DNA of 64,000 bases from an uncultured Chloroflexia bacterium (GTDB lineage Bacteria > Chloroflexota > Limnocylindria > Limnocylindrales > CSP1-4), in the NCBI GenBank assembly GCA_963713975.1, contig OY970218.1:2800189-2864188 (forward strand). Reading direction: 5' to 3'. A program made the translations under genes and the position numbers. Below, one piece after another: positions 56,111-64,000 of the stretch. Position 1 is the first letter of the stretch, and each line of letters starts with the position of its first letter. The notes beneath the pieces were generated by a model that was not told the DNA's origin, ran no database searches, and worked only from the letters and a program-made list of their open reading frames with translations.

Positions 56111-56690
56111 GCGCCCGGACCGACTGTTCGTCGCGGTGCCGCTGCCACCGGCGCCGCTGGCGGCCTGCAAGGCGCTGATCGAGGGCGTTCGCGCCGGACC
56201 GCTCGGTGACGTGCCCCGTTGGGTCCACGTCGACAACCTCCACCTGACGGTGCGCTTCCTGGGCGAGACACCGCCCGAGCTCACTCCGGATGCCGCGCTG
56301 GCCGTCCAGGACGCGATCACGGGTGCGCGGGCGTTCGAGGTCGTCCTCGCCGGGGCCGGCGCTTTTCCGGAGGCGCGCAAGCCGCGCGCGCTGTGGCTGG
56401 GCATTGAACGAGGCGCCGGGGAGCTGGGCGCACTCATGGATGCGCTGGACCCCGCGCTGGAGCCCCTCGGCTGGCCGCGCGATGACCGCCCGTACCGCCC
56501 GCACCTGACGGTCGCGCGCCTGGATCGCTCGTCCATCGCCTCGTCCGGCGCAGTCGCCGACGAACTGCGGACGGCCGCCGCCGACTGGAGGACGTCCTTC
56601 CGGGCGGACCGTGTGGTCCTCTACCGCAGCCACCTCGGGGGCGGACCGCCCCGCTACGAGCCGCTGGTCGAGGTGGCGCTGGAGCCCTGA
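56100..56690 (+). CDS. thpR: RNA 2',3'-cyclic phosphodiesterase (2H phosphoesterase, ThpR/LigT)
   Basis: Two H-x-T-x motifs (HLTVRFLG, HLTVARL). Confidence 0.75.
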   Translation: MVAERPDRLFVAVPLPPAPLAACKALIEGVRAGPLGDVPRWVHVDNLHLTVRFLGETPPELTPDAALAVQDAITGARAFEVVLAGAGAFPEARKPRALWLGIERGAGELGALMDALDPALEPLGWPRDDRPYRPHLTVARLDRSSIASSGAVADELRTAAADWRTSFRADRVVLYRSHLGGGPPRYEPLVEVALEP

Positions 56691-56776
56691 GCTTCGCCCG
56701 CGTGTTGCCCCTGTGCGGCAGGACGCGCTAGGCTCCGGGGGCTCTCCCCGTCCACCCACCCGGAGGTCGCCACCTG

Positions 56777-58150
56777 ATGGCCAGTGTCAATTCCCGCCGG
56801 ACCAAGTTCGTGCTCGACGAGGACCGGATCCCGCGGGCCTGGTACAACATCGCGGCCGACCTGCCCGTGGTGCCTCCGCCGCCCCTCCATCCGGGCACCG
56901 GCCAGCCGATCGGCCCTGCCGACCTCGCGCCCCTGTTCCCAATGGCGCTGATCCTCCAGGAGGTCAGCTCGGATCGCGAGATCGAGATCCCGGACCCGGT
57001 CCGCGACGCCTACCGGCTCTACCGCCCGTCGCCGCTGCATCGCGCCCACCGCCTCGAGGCTGCGCTCGATACGCCGGCCCACATCTACTACAAGTACGAG
57101 GGCGTGAGCCCGGCCGGCAGCCACAAGCCGAACACGGCCCTGCCGCAGGCGTTCTTCAACAAGGAGGAGGGCGTCAAGCGGCTCGCGACGGAGACCGGGG
57201 CTGGGCAGTGGGGGAGTGCGCTCGCGTTCGCGGGTTCCGTCTTCGGTCTCGAGGTCAAGGTCTACATGGTCAGGGCGAGCTACGACCAGAAGCCGTACCG
57301 CCGGATCCTGATGGAGACCTACGGAGCGTCGGTCGTGGCCAGCCCCAGCCCCACCACGAACTATGGCCGGCGGGTGCTGGCGGAGACGCCCGACTCGAAC
57401 GGCTCGCTCGGGATCGCGATCAGCGAGGCGGTCGAGGACGCGGCGACCCGCGACGACACGAAGTACTCGCTGGGTTCCGTCCTCAACCACGTGATGCTCC
57501 ACCAGACGGTGATCGGGCTCGAGGCCCAGGAGCAGATGGCGATGGCCGGCGAGGAGCCGGACGTGATCGTGGCCTGCGCCGGGGGAGGGTCCAACTTCGC
57601 CGGGCTGACTTTCCCGTTCGTCGGTCGGAACCTGCGGGGCGAGGCGACCTACCGGGTCATCGCCGCGGAGCCCGAGGCCGCACCGTCGCTCACCCGCGGC
57701 ATCTACGCCTACGACTACGGGGACACGGGCAAGATGGCCCCGATCGTCAAGATGCACACGCTCGGGTCCGAGTTCATGCCGGAGCCGATCCACGCGGGCG
57801 GCCTGCGCTACCACGGCATGTCGCCGCTCGTCTCCCTGCTCAAGGAGCATGGCCTGATCGAGGCACGCAGCGTGCACCAGCGGGCCTGCTTCGAGGTCGG
57901 GGTCCAGTTCGCGCGCGCCGAGGGGATCCTGCCGGCGCCGGAGAGCACGCACGCGATCAAGGTTGTCGTGGACGAGGCGATGGAGGCCAAGGAGGCCGGC
58001 GAGCCGAGGGTGATCCTGTTCAACCTGTCCGGGCACGGCCACTTCGACCTGGCGAGCTACGAGCGGTACCTGCAGGGCTCCCTGGAGGACTACGAGTACC
58101 CCGCCGACAAGGTCGCCCAGGCGCTGTCCGCCCTGCCCCGGGTCGGCTGA
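56777..58150 (+). CDS. TrpB2-type tryptophan synthase beta-like PLP enzyme
   Basis: PLP lysine in PAGSHKPNTA, N-terminal extension and the EPEAAPSLTRG insertion typical of TrpB2. Confidence 0.8.
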   Translation: MASVNSRRTKFVLDEDRIPRAWYNIAADLPVVPPPPLHPGTGQPIGPADLAPLFPMALILQEVSSDREIEIPDPVRDAYRLYRPSPLHRAHRLEAALDTPAHIYYKYEGVSPAGSHKPNTALPQAFFNKEEGVKRLATETGAGQWGSALAFAGSVFGLEVKVYMVRASYDQKPYRRILMETYGASVVASPSPTTNYGRRVLAETPDSNGSLGIAISEAVEDAATRDDTKYSLGSVLNHVMLHQTVIGLEAQEQMAMAGEEPDVIVACAGGGSNFAGLTFPFVGRNLRGEATYRVIAAEPEAAPSLTRGIYAYDYGDTGKMAPIVKMHTLGSEFMPEPIHAGGLRYHGMSPLVSLLKEHGLIEARSVHQRACFEVGVQFARAEGILPAPESTHAIKVVVDEAMEAKEAGEPRVILFNLSGHGHFDLASYERYLQGSLEDYEYPADKVAQALSALPRVG

Positions 58151-58172
58151 CCGGGCGCGGGGACATCTACCG

Positions 58173-58439
58173 GTGCCCAAGCTCGCGTGTCGCGCATGCG
58201 GCCGGGAGGTCTACACGGCGGCGTCGCTGGATTCGCTGTTCGCCGAGGAGCGTCGGTGCCCACGTTGTGGCGCGCTCCTGGACCCGGAACGTCGACTCAC
58301 GGACCGCCGCCAGCACGTGCGACGAGTCAACCCGCCGGACGCGCCGGGCCCGCCCGATGAGACCGGTGAACGCCGCATTGGCGAGCGGCGCCGGGGCCGA
58401 CGACGATCCGGTGAGACGGGTACGTGGCCGGGCCGCTGA
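58173..58439 (+). CDS. Small Arg-rich zinc-ribbon protein
   Basis: CRACG...CPRCG. 88 aa. Speculative coding call. Confidence 0.3.
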   Translation: MPKLACRACGREVYTAASLDSLFAEERRCPRCGALLDPERRLTDRRQHVRRVNPPDAPGPPDETGERRIGERRRGRRRSGETGTWPGR

Positions 58440-58480
58440 GCAGAACGCACAGGCGCGGCAGCGTCCCCGATAATCGGGGC

Positions 58481-59353
58481 ATGCAGATCACCTTCCTGGG
58501 TCTCGGGCTGATCGGGGGTTCGATCGCACGCGCCGTGCGCCTCTCGCCCGCGTACGAGGGTGCGAAGGTGGTCGCTTGGACGTCGTCCGGGGACGGCCCC
58601 AGGGGTGCACTGGCGGCCGGCATCATCGACGAAGCGGCGGACGATCCAGCCATGGCGCTCGCCGGCGCCGACCTGGTCGTCCTGGCGGCTCCCCCAGTTG
58701 CCTGCGTGTCGCTCGTGCGTCGCCTGGGCGACGACCTCCGGGCCGCGCTGGCGGATGGGGCGACGGTGACCGACGTGGCGTCCACGAAGGCCGCGCTGAC
58801 GGCGGCGGCCCGCGAGGCACGGATCCCGTGGGTGGGCGGCCATCCCATGGCGGGCCGCGAATCGAGCGGGTTCGAGGCCGCCGACCCGGAGCTGTTCGCC
58901 GGCCGGCCCTGGGTGCTCACGGAGGCCGTCGGGGGCGGCGATCCGGAGGCCGTCCGGACGCTCGCGCTCGCCTGCGGCGCGCGCCCGGTCGCGCTCGACG
59001 CGGATCGCCACGACCGCCTGGTGGCGTCCATCAGCCACCTCCCGTTGCTGGCATCCGTCGCGCTGGTCGAGGCCGTCGCTGGGACCGGTGGGCCCTCGGG
59101 CCCGGACTGGGCCGCCGCGATCACGCTGGCCGCGGGAGGCTGGCGCGACACGACACGACTGGCCAGGGGCGACGCCACCATGGGCGCGGAGATCGCGGCC
59201 ACCAACGCACCCGCCATCGCCGAGGCCCTGCGCCGCTACCGCGACCGGATCGACGAGTGGCTCACGCTGCTCGAGGCGACGCCCGCGCCGGACACGGAGG
59301 TGCTCCGGCACCGCCTGGCGGCCGCGCGGGAGCGCCTGGACGAACCGGCCTGA
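58481..59353 (+). CDS. tyrA: Prephenate dehydrogenase
   Basis: MQITFLGLGLIGGSIA Rossmann and catalytic GGHPMAG. Confidence 0.7.
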   Translation: MQITFLGLGLIGGSIARAVRLSPAYEGAKVVAWTSSGDGPRGALAAGIIDEAADDPAMALAGADLVVLAAPPVACVSLVRRLGDDLRAALADGATVTDVASTKAALTAAAREARIPWVGGHPMAGRESSGFEAADPELFAGRPWVLTEAVGGGDPEAVRTLALACGARPVALDADRHDRLVASISHLPLLASVALVEAVAGTGGPSGPDWAAAITLAAGGWRDTTRLARGDATMGAEIAATNAPAIAEALRRYRDRIDEWLTLLEATPAPDTEVLRHRLAAARERLDEPA

Positions 59354-59934
59354 TGGGCAACCCTGACGAGCTGGTGCTGGTGGTGCCGCGCGCCGTCCTG
59401 ATGGACCGCGAGGGCTGGCTCGGGGTCCGCCGCGGCGGGGTCGATGCGGCCCTCGACGTCGTGGCGCGCGAAGGGTTCTTCATGCGCCGCGGCGATGCCG
59501 AGGATGATCCGTCCCACAAGCAGGTGATCCCGTACCTCGTGCTGCGCGACGGCGAGCGGTGGTTCCTCATGCGGCGCACCCGGGCCGGCGGCGACGCGCG
59601 CCTCCACGACATGTGGTCGATCGGGGTTGGCGGCCACCTGAACCCGGGGGACGGTGACATCCCTGGCGGGCTCCGGCGCGAGTGGGCCGAGGAGCTGGAT
59701 GCGTCGTTCGTCCCGGAGTTTGCGCCGGTCGGCCTCCTCAACGACGATTCCACGGCCGTCGGCGCCGTCCATGTCGGTTTCGTATACGTGGCGGACGCCG
59801 CCGGCCGGGCCGTCCGGATCCGGGAGGCGGACAAGCTGGAGGGCAGCTTCGTGACCGGAGCTGAGGTGGCTGCCGTTCGCGATGACCTGGAGACGTGGAG
59901 CCGGCTCGCGTTCGACGTGCTGGCCGAGTCGTGA
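59353..59934 (+). CDS. NUDIX-like hydrolase
   Basis: Degenerate Nudix box ...GGLRREWAEELD. ATG overlaps the tyrA stop by 1 nt. Confidence 0.45.
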   Translation: MGNPDELVLVVPRAVLMDREGWLGVRRGGVDAALDVVAREGFFMRRGDAEDDPSHKQVIPYLVLRDGERWFLMRRTRAGGDARLHDMWSIGVGGHLNPGDGDIPGGLRREWAEELDASFVPEFAPVGLLNDDSTAVGAVHVGFVYVADAAGRAVRIREADKLEGSFVTGAEVAAVRDDLETWSRLAFDVLAES

Positions 59935-59990
59935 CCCGGTAGGGCGCAGCGGCACGCGACGCCCGACCCGCCCGGTGAGATACTCGGACC

Positions 59991-61385
59991 GTGCCCATGG
60001 CTGATCGAACGCGCGCCGTCCGTCACCGGGTCGCCCACGCCGTCCTGCTGCTGGGCGTCCTGCTGCTGGGCGTGACCGGCGTGGCGCAGGCCACCGGGGC
60101 GGAGGCGGTCGTCCTCACCGCGAACGGGGTCGTGGACGACGCGCTCGCGGGCTATCTCGAGGAGGGCGTTGCCACTGCCGCCGCGGATGGTGCCGCCGCG
60201 GTGGTCGTGGAGCTGGACACGCCCGGCGGCAGTCTTGACGCCACCAGCCGGATCCGCAAGGCATTCCTGGCATCGACGGTGCCGGTGATCGTGTGGATCG
60301 CGCCGTCCGGCGCCCGCGCCGCCAGCGCCGGCACGTTCATCACGCTGGCCGGGAACCTCGCCTACATGGCGCCCGGCACCAACATCGGCGCCGCGACGCC
60401 CGTCAGCAGCACCGGCGAGGACATCCCCGGCACCATGGGCGAGAAGGTCCTCAACGACTCGATCGCGGCCATCTCCGCCACGGCCGAGGCGCGCGGACGG
60501 CCCGTTGACTGGGCGGTGTCCACCGTTGCGGAGGCCCGCTCGTACACGGCGAGCGAGGCCGTTGCCGCGGGCGCCGTGGACGGCATCGCGGAGACGTTGG
60601 ACCAGGTGCTGGCGGCCGCCGATGGTGAGACGGTGACCGTGGCCGGTGGCACCCCCGTCACCCTGGATCTCGCGGGGGCCACGGTGGTCGAGACCCCGAT
60701 GGGTCCCGTCCTGGGCTTCCTGCACCTCCTGTCCGATCCGAACATCGCGTTCCTCCTGTTCGTCGTGGGCGTGCTGGGCCTCGCGACCGAGCTGATCAAC
60801 CCGAACCTCGTCACCGGGTTGCTGGGTGCCCTCGCACTGCTCCTGGCGTTCGTGGGGTTCGGGAGCCTGCCGCTCAACGTGGCCGGGGTGCTGCTCGTCG
60901 CATTCGGCTTCATCCTGTTCGTCCTCGAGACCCAGATCGTGAGCCACGGCCTGTTGATGCTGGGCGGGATCGTGTGCCTCGCGCTGGGTGCGGCGGCCCT
61001 GTACACGGCGCCGATGACCCCGACCGGCCCGCTCGTCGCGGTGGCGCCGCCCGTCATCGCGGCCGTCACGGTGACGATCGGCGGGCTCATGGCGCTGATC
61101 GCGGTCGCGGCCGTCCGCACGCGGCGGATGGGGACGACGACCGGTACCGTGGGCTCCGTGGTCCCAACCGGGACCGAGGGCGTCGTCCGGGCTCCGCTGG
61201 CGCCGGGCGGCACCGTGTACCTCGCCGGCGAGACCTGGAGCGCCCGCACCCCGGACGAGCGGAGCCTGCCCCGCGACACACCCGTCCGATTGATCGCCTT
61301 CGACGGCCTCACCGCCCTCGTGGAACCCGTCGACGCCCAGCCCGATCCATCCCGGCCGACCCCGTTGATCGCCGACCGTCCCTAG
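59991..61385 (+). CDS. NfeD-family protein, long form (ClpP-class serine protease domain + TM + OB-fold)
   Basis: N-terminal ClpP-like fold (VELDTPGGSLDATSRI...SAGTFITLAG), central TM bundle, C-terminal OB domain. Confidence 0.7.
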   Translation: MPMADRTRAVRHRVAHAVLLLGVLLLGVTGVAQATGAEAVVLTANGVVDDALAGYLEEGVATAAADGAAAVVVELDTPGGSLDATSRIRKAFLASTVPVIVWIAPSGARAASAGTFITLAGNLAYMAPGTNIGAATPVSSTGEDIPGTMGEKVLNDSIAAISATAEARGRPVDWAVSTVAEARSYTASEAVAAGAVDGIAETLDQVLAAADGETVTVAGGTPVTLDLAGATVVETPMGPVLGFLHLLSDPNIAFLLFVVGVLGLATELINPNLVTGLLGALALLLAFVGFGSLPLNVAGVLLVAFGFILFVLETQIVSHGLLMLGGIVCLALGAAALYTAPMTPTGPLVAVAPPVIAAVTVTIGGLMALIAVAAVRTRRMGTTTGTVGSVVPTGTEGVVRAPLAPGGTVYLAGETWSARTPDERSLPRDTPVRLIAFDGLTALVEPVDAQPDPSRPTPLIADRP

Positions 61386-61399
61386 CCCCGGAGGACCCC

Positions 61400-62308
61400 A
61401 TGGAGCTCGTCATCGCCCTCGTCACGCTCGCGGTCATCGCCGGGATCCTGCTGATGATCCTGTACCTGTCGGTGCGGGTCGTGCAGCAGTACGAGCGGAT
61501 GGTCGTCTTCCGCCTGGGCAAGACCAACGAGAAGATGGTGCGCGAGCCGGGCCTCAGGTTCCTGGTCCCCGTCGTGGACCGGCCAGTGAAGGTGGACATG
61601 CGCGAGCAGTTCATCGAGGTCCCGAGCCAGACGACCATCACCAAGGACAACGCCCCGATCAACGTCGACTTCCTGATCTACTGGCGCATTGCGGACGCGC
61701 TCAAGAGCGTGGTCAACGTGGCCAACTTCCCGGGCGCCCTCCAGGGCGTGGCGACCACGACGCTGCGTGCCGTCATCGGCGACATCCTGCTCGACGACGT
61801 CCTGTCCAAGCGCGAGCAGATCAACGAGGTCCTGCGGACGAAGCTGGACGAGGTCACCGAGCGCTGGGGCGGCAAGATCACGACCGTCGAGATCCGCGAG
61901 ATCACGCCGCCCCGCGACGTACAGGACGCGATGAACCGGCAGCTGTCCGCGGAGCGGACGCGGCGCGCCGTGATCACCGAGTCCGAGGGTGCCCGGCAGT
62001 CCGCGATCAACGTCGCCGAGGGCCAGAAGCAGTCGGAGATCCTGAAGGCCGAGGGCGAGCGCCAGGCGGCCATCCTCCGGGCCGAGGGGTTCAGCCAGGC
62101 GCTCGAGCGGATCTACGCCGCCGCCCACCAAATCGACGAGAAGACGATGGCCCTGCAGTACCTCGACGCGCTCAAGCAGTTGGGGACAAGCCCGTCGACC
62201 AAGTTCGTCATCCCGACCGAGTTCACCCGCCTGGCCGACCAGATCGGCGGATACGTTGACCGCGGCATGACGGCACGACCTGACCAGGAGAACGGGGACG
62301 CCCGCTGA
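61400..62308 (+). CDS. SPFH/band-7 stomatin-like protein
   Basis: N-terminal TM plus SPFH core (YERMVVFRLGK...TKDNAPINVDFLIYWRI). GGAGG RBS. Confidence 0.8.
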   Translation: MELVIALVTLAVIAGILLMILYLSVRVVQQYERMVVFRLGKTNEKMVREPGLRFLVPVVDRPVKVDMREQFIEVPSQTTITKDNAPINVDFLIYWRIADALKSVVNVANFPGALQGVATTTLRAVIGDILLDDVLSKREQINEVLRTKLDEVTERWGGKITTVEIREITPPRDVQDAMNRQLSAERTRRAVITESEGARQSAINVAEGQKQSEILKAEGERQAAILRAEGFSQALERIYAAAHQIDEKTMALQYLDALKQLGTSPSTKFVIPTEFTRLADQIGGYVDRGMTARPDQENGDAR

Positions 62309-63285
62309 TGCGGCGAGTCCTGCTGGTGGCGACGGCTCCGGTCGTCGCCCTGGCGGCGGTGGGGCCCGTGGTGGACGGTCTCGCCCGACGACTCGCCGAC
62401 GCCCCTCGCCGGCTGCCGGAGGAGTCCGGCATGGCGCCGGCGCTCGACCGGATGGGCGGTGAGGTGGTCCGGCTCCGGTCGCGTGACGGCCTGCGCCTCT
62501 CGGGCCGCTGGCTGGCAGCGGAGCCCGGCGGTGACGACTGGGCCCCGGACCCGCGCGAGGCCATCGTCCTGCTGCACGGTTACAGCGGGTCGGTCACGCC
62601 GGACCTCGTCGAGTTGGGACCGTTCCTCCGCCGGACCGCCGCCGTGCTGGGACTCGACTTCCGGGGGCACGGCGGGTCCGACGACGCGCCGACCACCTTC
62701 GGCCTCAACGAGATCGAGGATGTGGCCGGCGCGCTGGCGTGGCTGGGGGAACGGGGAATCCGGCGCGTGGCGCTCGTCGGCTCGTCGATGGGCGGAATCA
62801 CGGCGATCGCCGCCGTCGCGGTGCTGGGCGACGGTCGGCTTCCGTCGGCCGACATGGACCCCGATTCCCCGGCGTCCGCCGTCGATGCGCCGCGTCCGCG
62901 GATCGTGGCGGTCGTGGCGGACTCGGTGACACCCGAGCTGGACCTGGTCGTCGCGAACCGGCTGCGGGTTCCGTTCGGGCGTCGGATCGCCGGGCAGGCC
63001 TTCGCCCGGATGGCTCGCAACGTGGGCGGCGATCCGCGTGCGACCCAGCCGATCGCCGTGATCGGCCTGCTCGAGGACGTGCCGCTGCTGCTGATCCACG
63101 GCGGCCGCGACCGGACCGTGCGCATGGCGGACGGTCGCCGACTGGCGGCCGCTGCCCCGCCCGGGACCCGCCACCTGGTGATCGAGGCGGCCGACCACGG
63201 TCAGGGCCACGCGGTGGATCCGGCGGCCTACGAGGGGGCGGTGGCCGGCATCCTCCGCGAGGGCTTCCGAGCCGGTCGGGCCTAG
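62308..63285 (+). CDS. Alpha/beta-hydrolase-fold protein
   Basis: HGYSGS oxyanion region, GSSMGG nucleophile elbow, C-terminal Asp/His. ATG overlaps the stomatin stop (TGATG). Confidence 0.65.
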   Translation: MRRVLLVATAPVVALAAVGPVVDGLARRLADAPRRLPEESGMAPALDRMGGEVVRLRSRDGLRLSGRWLAAEPGGDDWAPDPREAIVLLHGYSGSVTPDLVELGPFLRRTAAVLGLDFRGHGGSDDAPTTFGLNEIEDVAGALAWLGERGIRRVALVGSSMGGITAIAAVAVLGDGRLPSADMDPDSPASAVDAPRPRIVAVVADSVTPELDLVVANRLRVPFGRRIAGQAFARMARNVGGDPRATQPIAVIGLLEDVPLLLIHGGRDRTVRMADGRRLAAAAPPGTRHLVIEAADHGQGHAVDPAAYEGAVAGILREGFRAGRA

Positions 63286-63287
63286 CG

Positions 63288-63477
63288 TGGGCGCTTCATT
63301 GGTTCGTTCGACGACGCGGCGATCATCGCCGCGACCCTGGACCCGCCGCCTGGGCGCCTGGGCTTCACCCGCTGGTCGACGCGGCTGCTGGCCCGGCACC
63401 TTCATGTCGGGGACGCCACGGTGGCCCGGGCGTGGCGCCGGTACCACGTCCAGCCGTGGCGGCGGGAGACGTTCTGA
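63288..63477 (+). pseudogene. IS630-family transposase N-terminal (HTH) fragment; remnant
   Basis: 62-codon frame ...PPGRLGFTRWSTRLLARHLHVGDATVARAWRRYHVQPWRRETF* resembles the IS630/Tc1 transposase N-terminal winged-helix region. No DDE domain, no inverted repeats found. Confidence 0.4.
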
Positions 63478-63801
63478 GTTCACGACCGAACCGGTCCTCG
63501 AGGCGGTGTTGTCGCGGTAGTGCTTCGCCGGATCCCGACCCGATTCGCCCACGAGGGACCGCGCCGCCGGCTGGTCCCCATACCGTGGAGGCGGCCGGCA
63601 TACACGATCCAGCGCAATGTCGCGACAGGATACGCTCCAATTCAGACGCATCCAGGGCCCCGTTCCCGCGAACTGCCCCACAATCCATGGCTGCCGTCGA
63701 GCCGGTATCGTTGGCGGATGCCCACCACTCCGAACATCGTCATCCCTCCAGACAGCCCGGCGGCCTACTCGATCCAGCAGGGTCGCGCCCGCCGCGCGGC
63801 C

Positions 63802-64000
63802 GTGCCGCGACGCAGCCATGCGGCCTGGATGCCAACTGCCGATCGAGCGGACCCCGTATCGATGATGATCGCCACGAACGACGGGCGACTCCCGGAGCTC
63901 GTGCCGATCCGGATCGGCCGCATGGTTGGGTCACCCTTCGCATTCCTGCGTGGGTCGGCCGGGGCGATGGCGGCCGATCTGGCGACGACCCCGCACATGG
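63802..64000 (+). CDS. DUF2252-family protein, 5' end (continues beyond window; start uncertain)
   Basis: ...PRRSHAAWMPTADRADPV...RLPELVPIRIGRMVGSPFAFLRGSAGAMAADLATTPH matches the conserved N-terminal block of DUF2252 proteins. In-frame conservation extends upstream of any ATG. Confidence 0.35.
   Translation, partial: MPRRSHAAWMPTADRADPVSMMIATNDGRLPELVPIRIGRMVGSPFAFLRGSAGAMAADLATTPHM

Noticed and set aside
62113-63819. 568-aa minus-strand ORF
   Set aside because: Antisense to the alpha/beta hydrolase and the IS remnant. No motifs.

Overview
This 64-kb window is very GC-rich (about 70% or more by eye) and is almost entirely coding on both strands. It looks like the chromosomal core of a high-GC Gram-positive bacterium (actinobacterial-type; the exact lineage cannot be determined without a search). 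Because of the GC content, nearly every real gene is shadowed by long stop-free antisense ORFs (up to 1043 aa), which I reject. I call about 60 genes, arranged left to right as follows. The 3' end of valS opens the window. An FmdB zinc-ribbon protein, an HTH protein and a YihY membrane protein follow. Next is a minus-strand gene carrying a perfect 39-bp tandem repeat array ([13 protein letters not shown], about 15 copies) flanked by zinc ribbons. It is transcribed divergently from an fhaA-fhaB-rodA-pbpA cell-wall operon that lacks pstP/pknAB. A MoxR-DUF58-transglutaminase triad follows. A translationally coupled serine-biosynthesis operon comes next (class V aminotransferase, serA, PGM-like histidine phosphatase). 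A vapBC toxin-antitoxin pair has an AT-rich palindromic operator. It is followed by an RDD protein, a C39-like peptidase, murJ and rarA. The most system-like element is a UvrD-type helicase fused to a Cas4-like Fe-S PD-(D/E)XK nuclease (AdnB-like but solitary). It is translationally coupled to a beta-class DNA N4/N6-methyltransferase and a HAD hydrolase, and is my top candidate for an uncharacterised DNA-processing or defence-like module. An M20D amidohydrolase, an agmatinase, a SAM methyltransferase, an orphan REC-ParA/MinD (CpaE-like) fusion, murI, a DUF2342 metalloprotease, a 2-hydroxyacid dehydrogenase, ychF and a PfkB kinase follow. Next is an MrfA/MrfB-like pair (DExH helicase with a C-terminal DUF1998 four-Cys domain, plus a DEDD exonuclease with a TPR tail). 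After it come an FtsB-like protein, NfeD-flotillin module #1, tRNA-Met(CAT) and ftsH. An M20 dipeptidase, an orphan DnaB-C-terminal-like RecA-fold ATPase, ppa, thpR, trpB2, tyrA and a NUDIX hydrolase follow. NfeD-stomatin module #2 and an alpha/beta hydrolase come next. At the right edge lie an IS630-family transposase N-terminal remnant and the 5' end of a DUF2252 gene. I found no CRISPR array, rRNA or intact mobile element.
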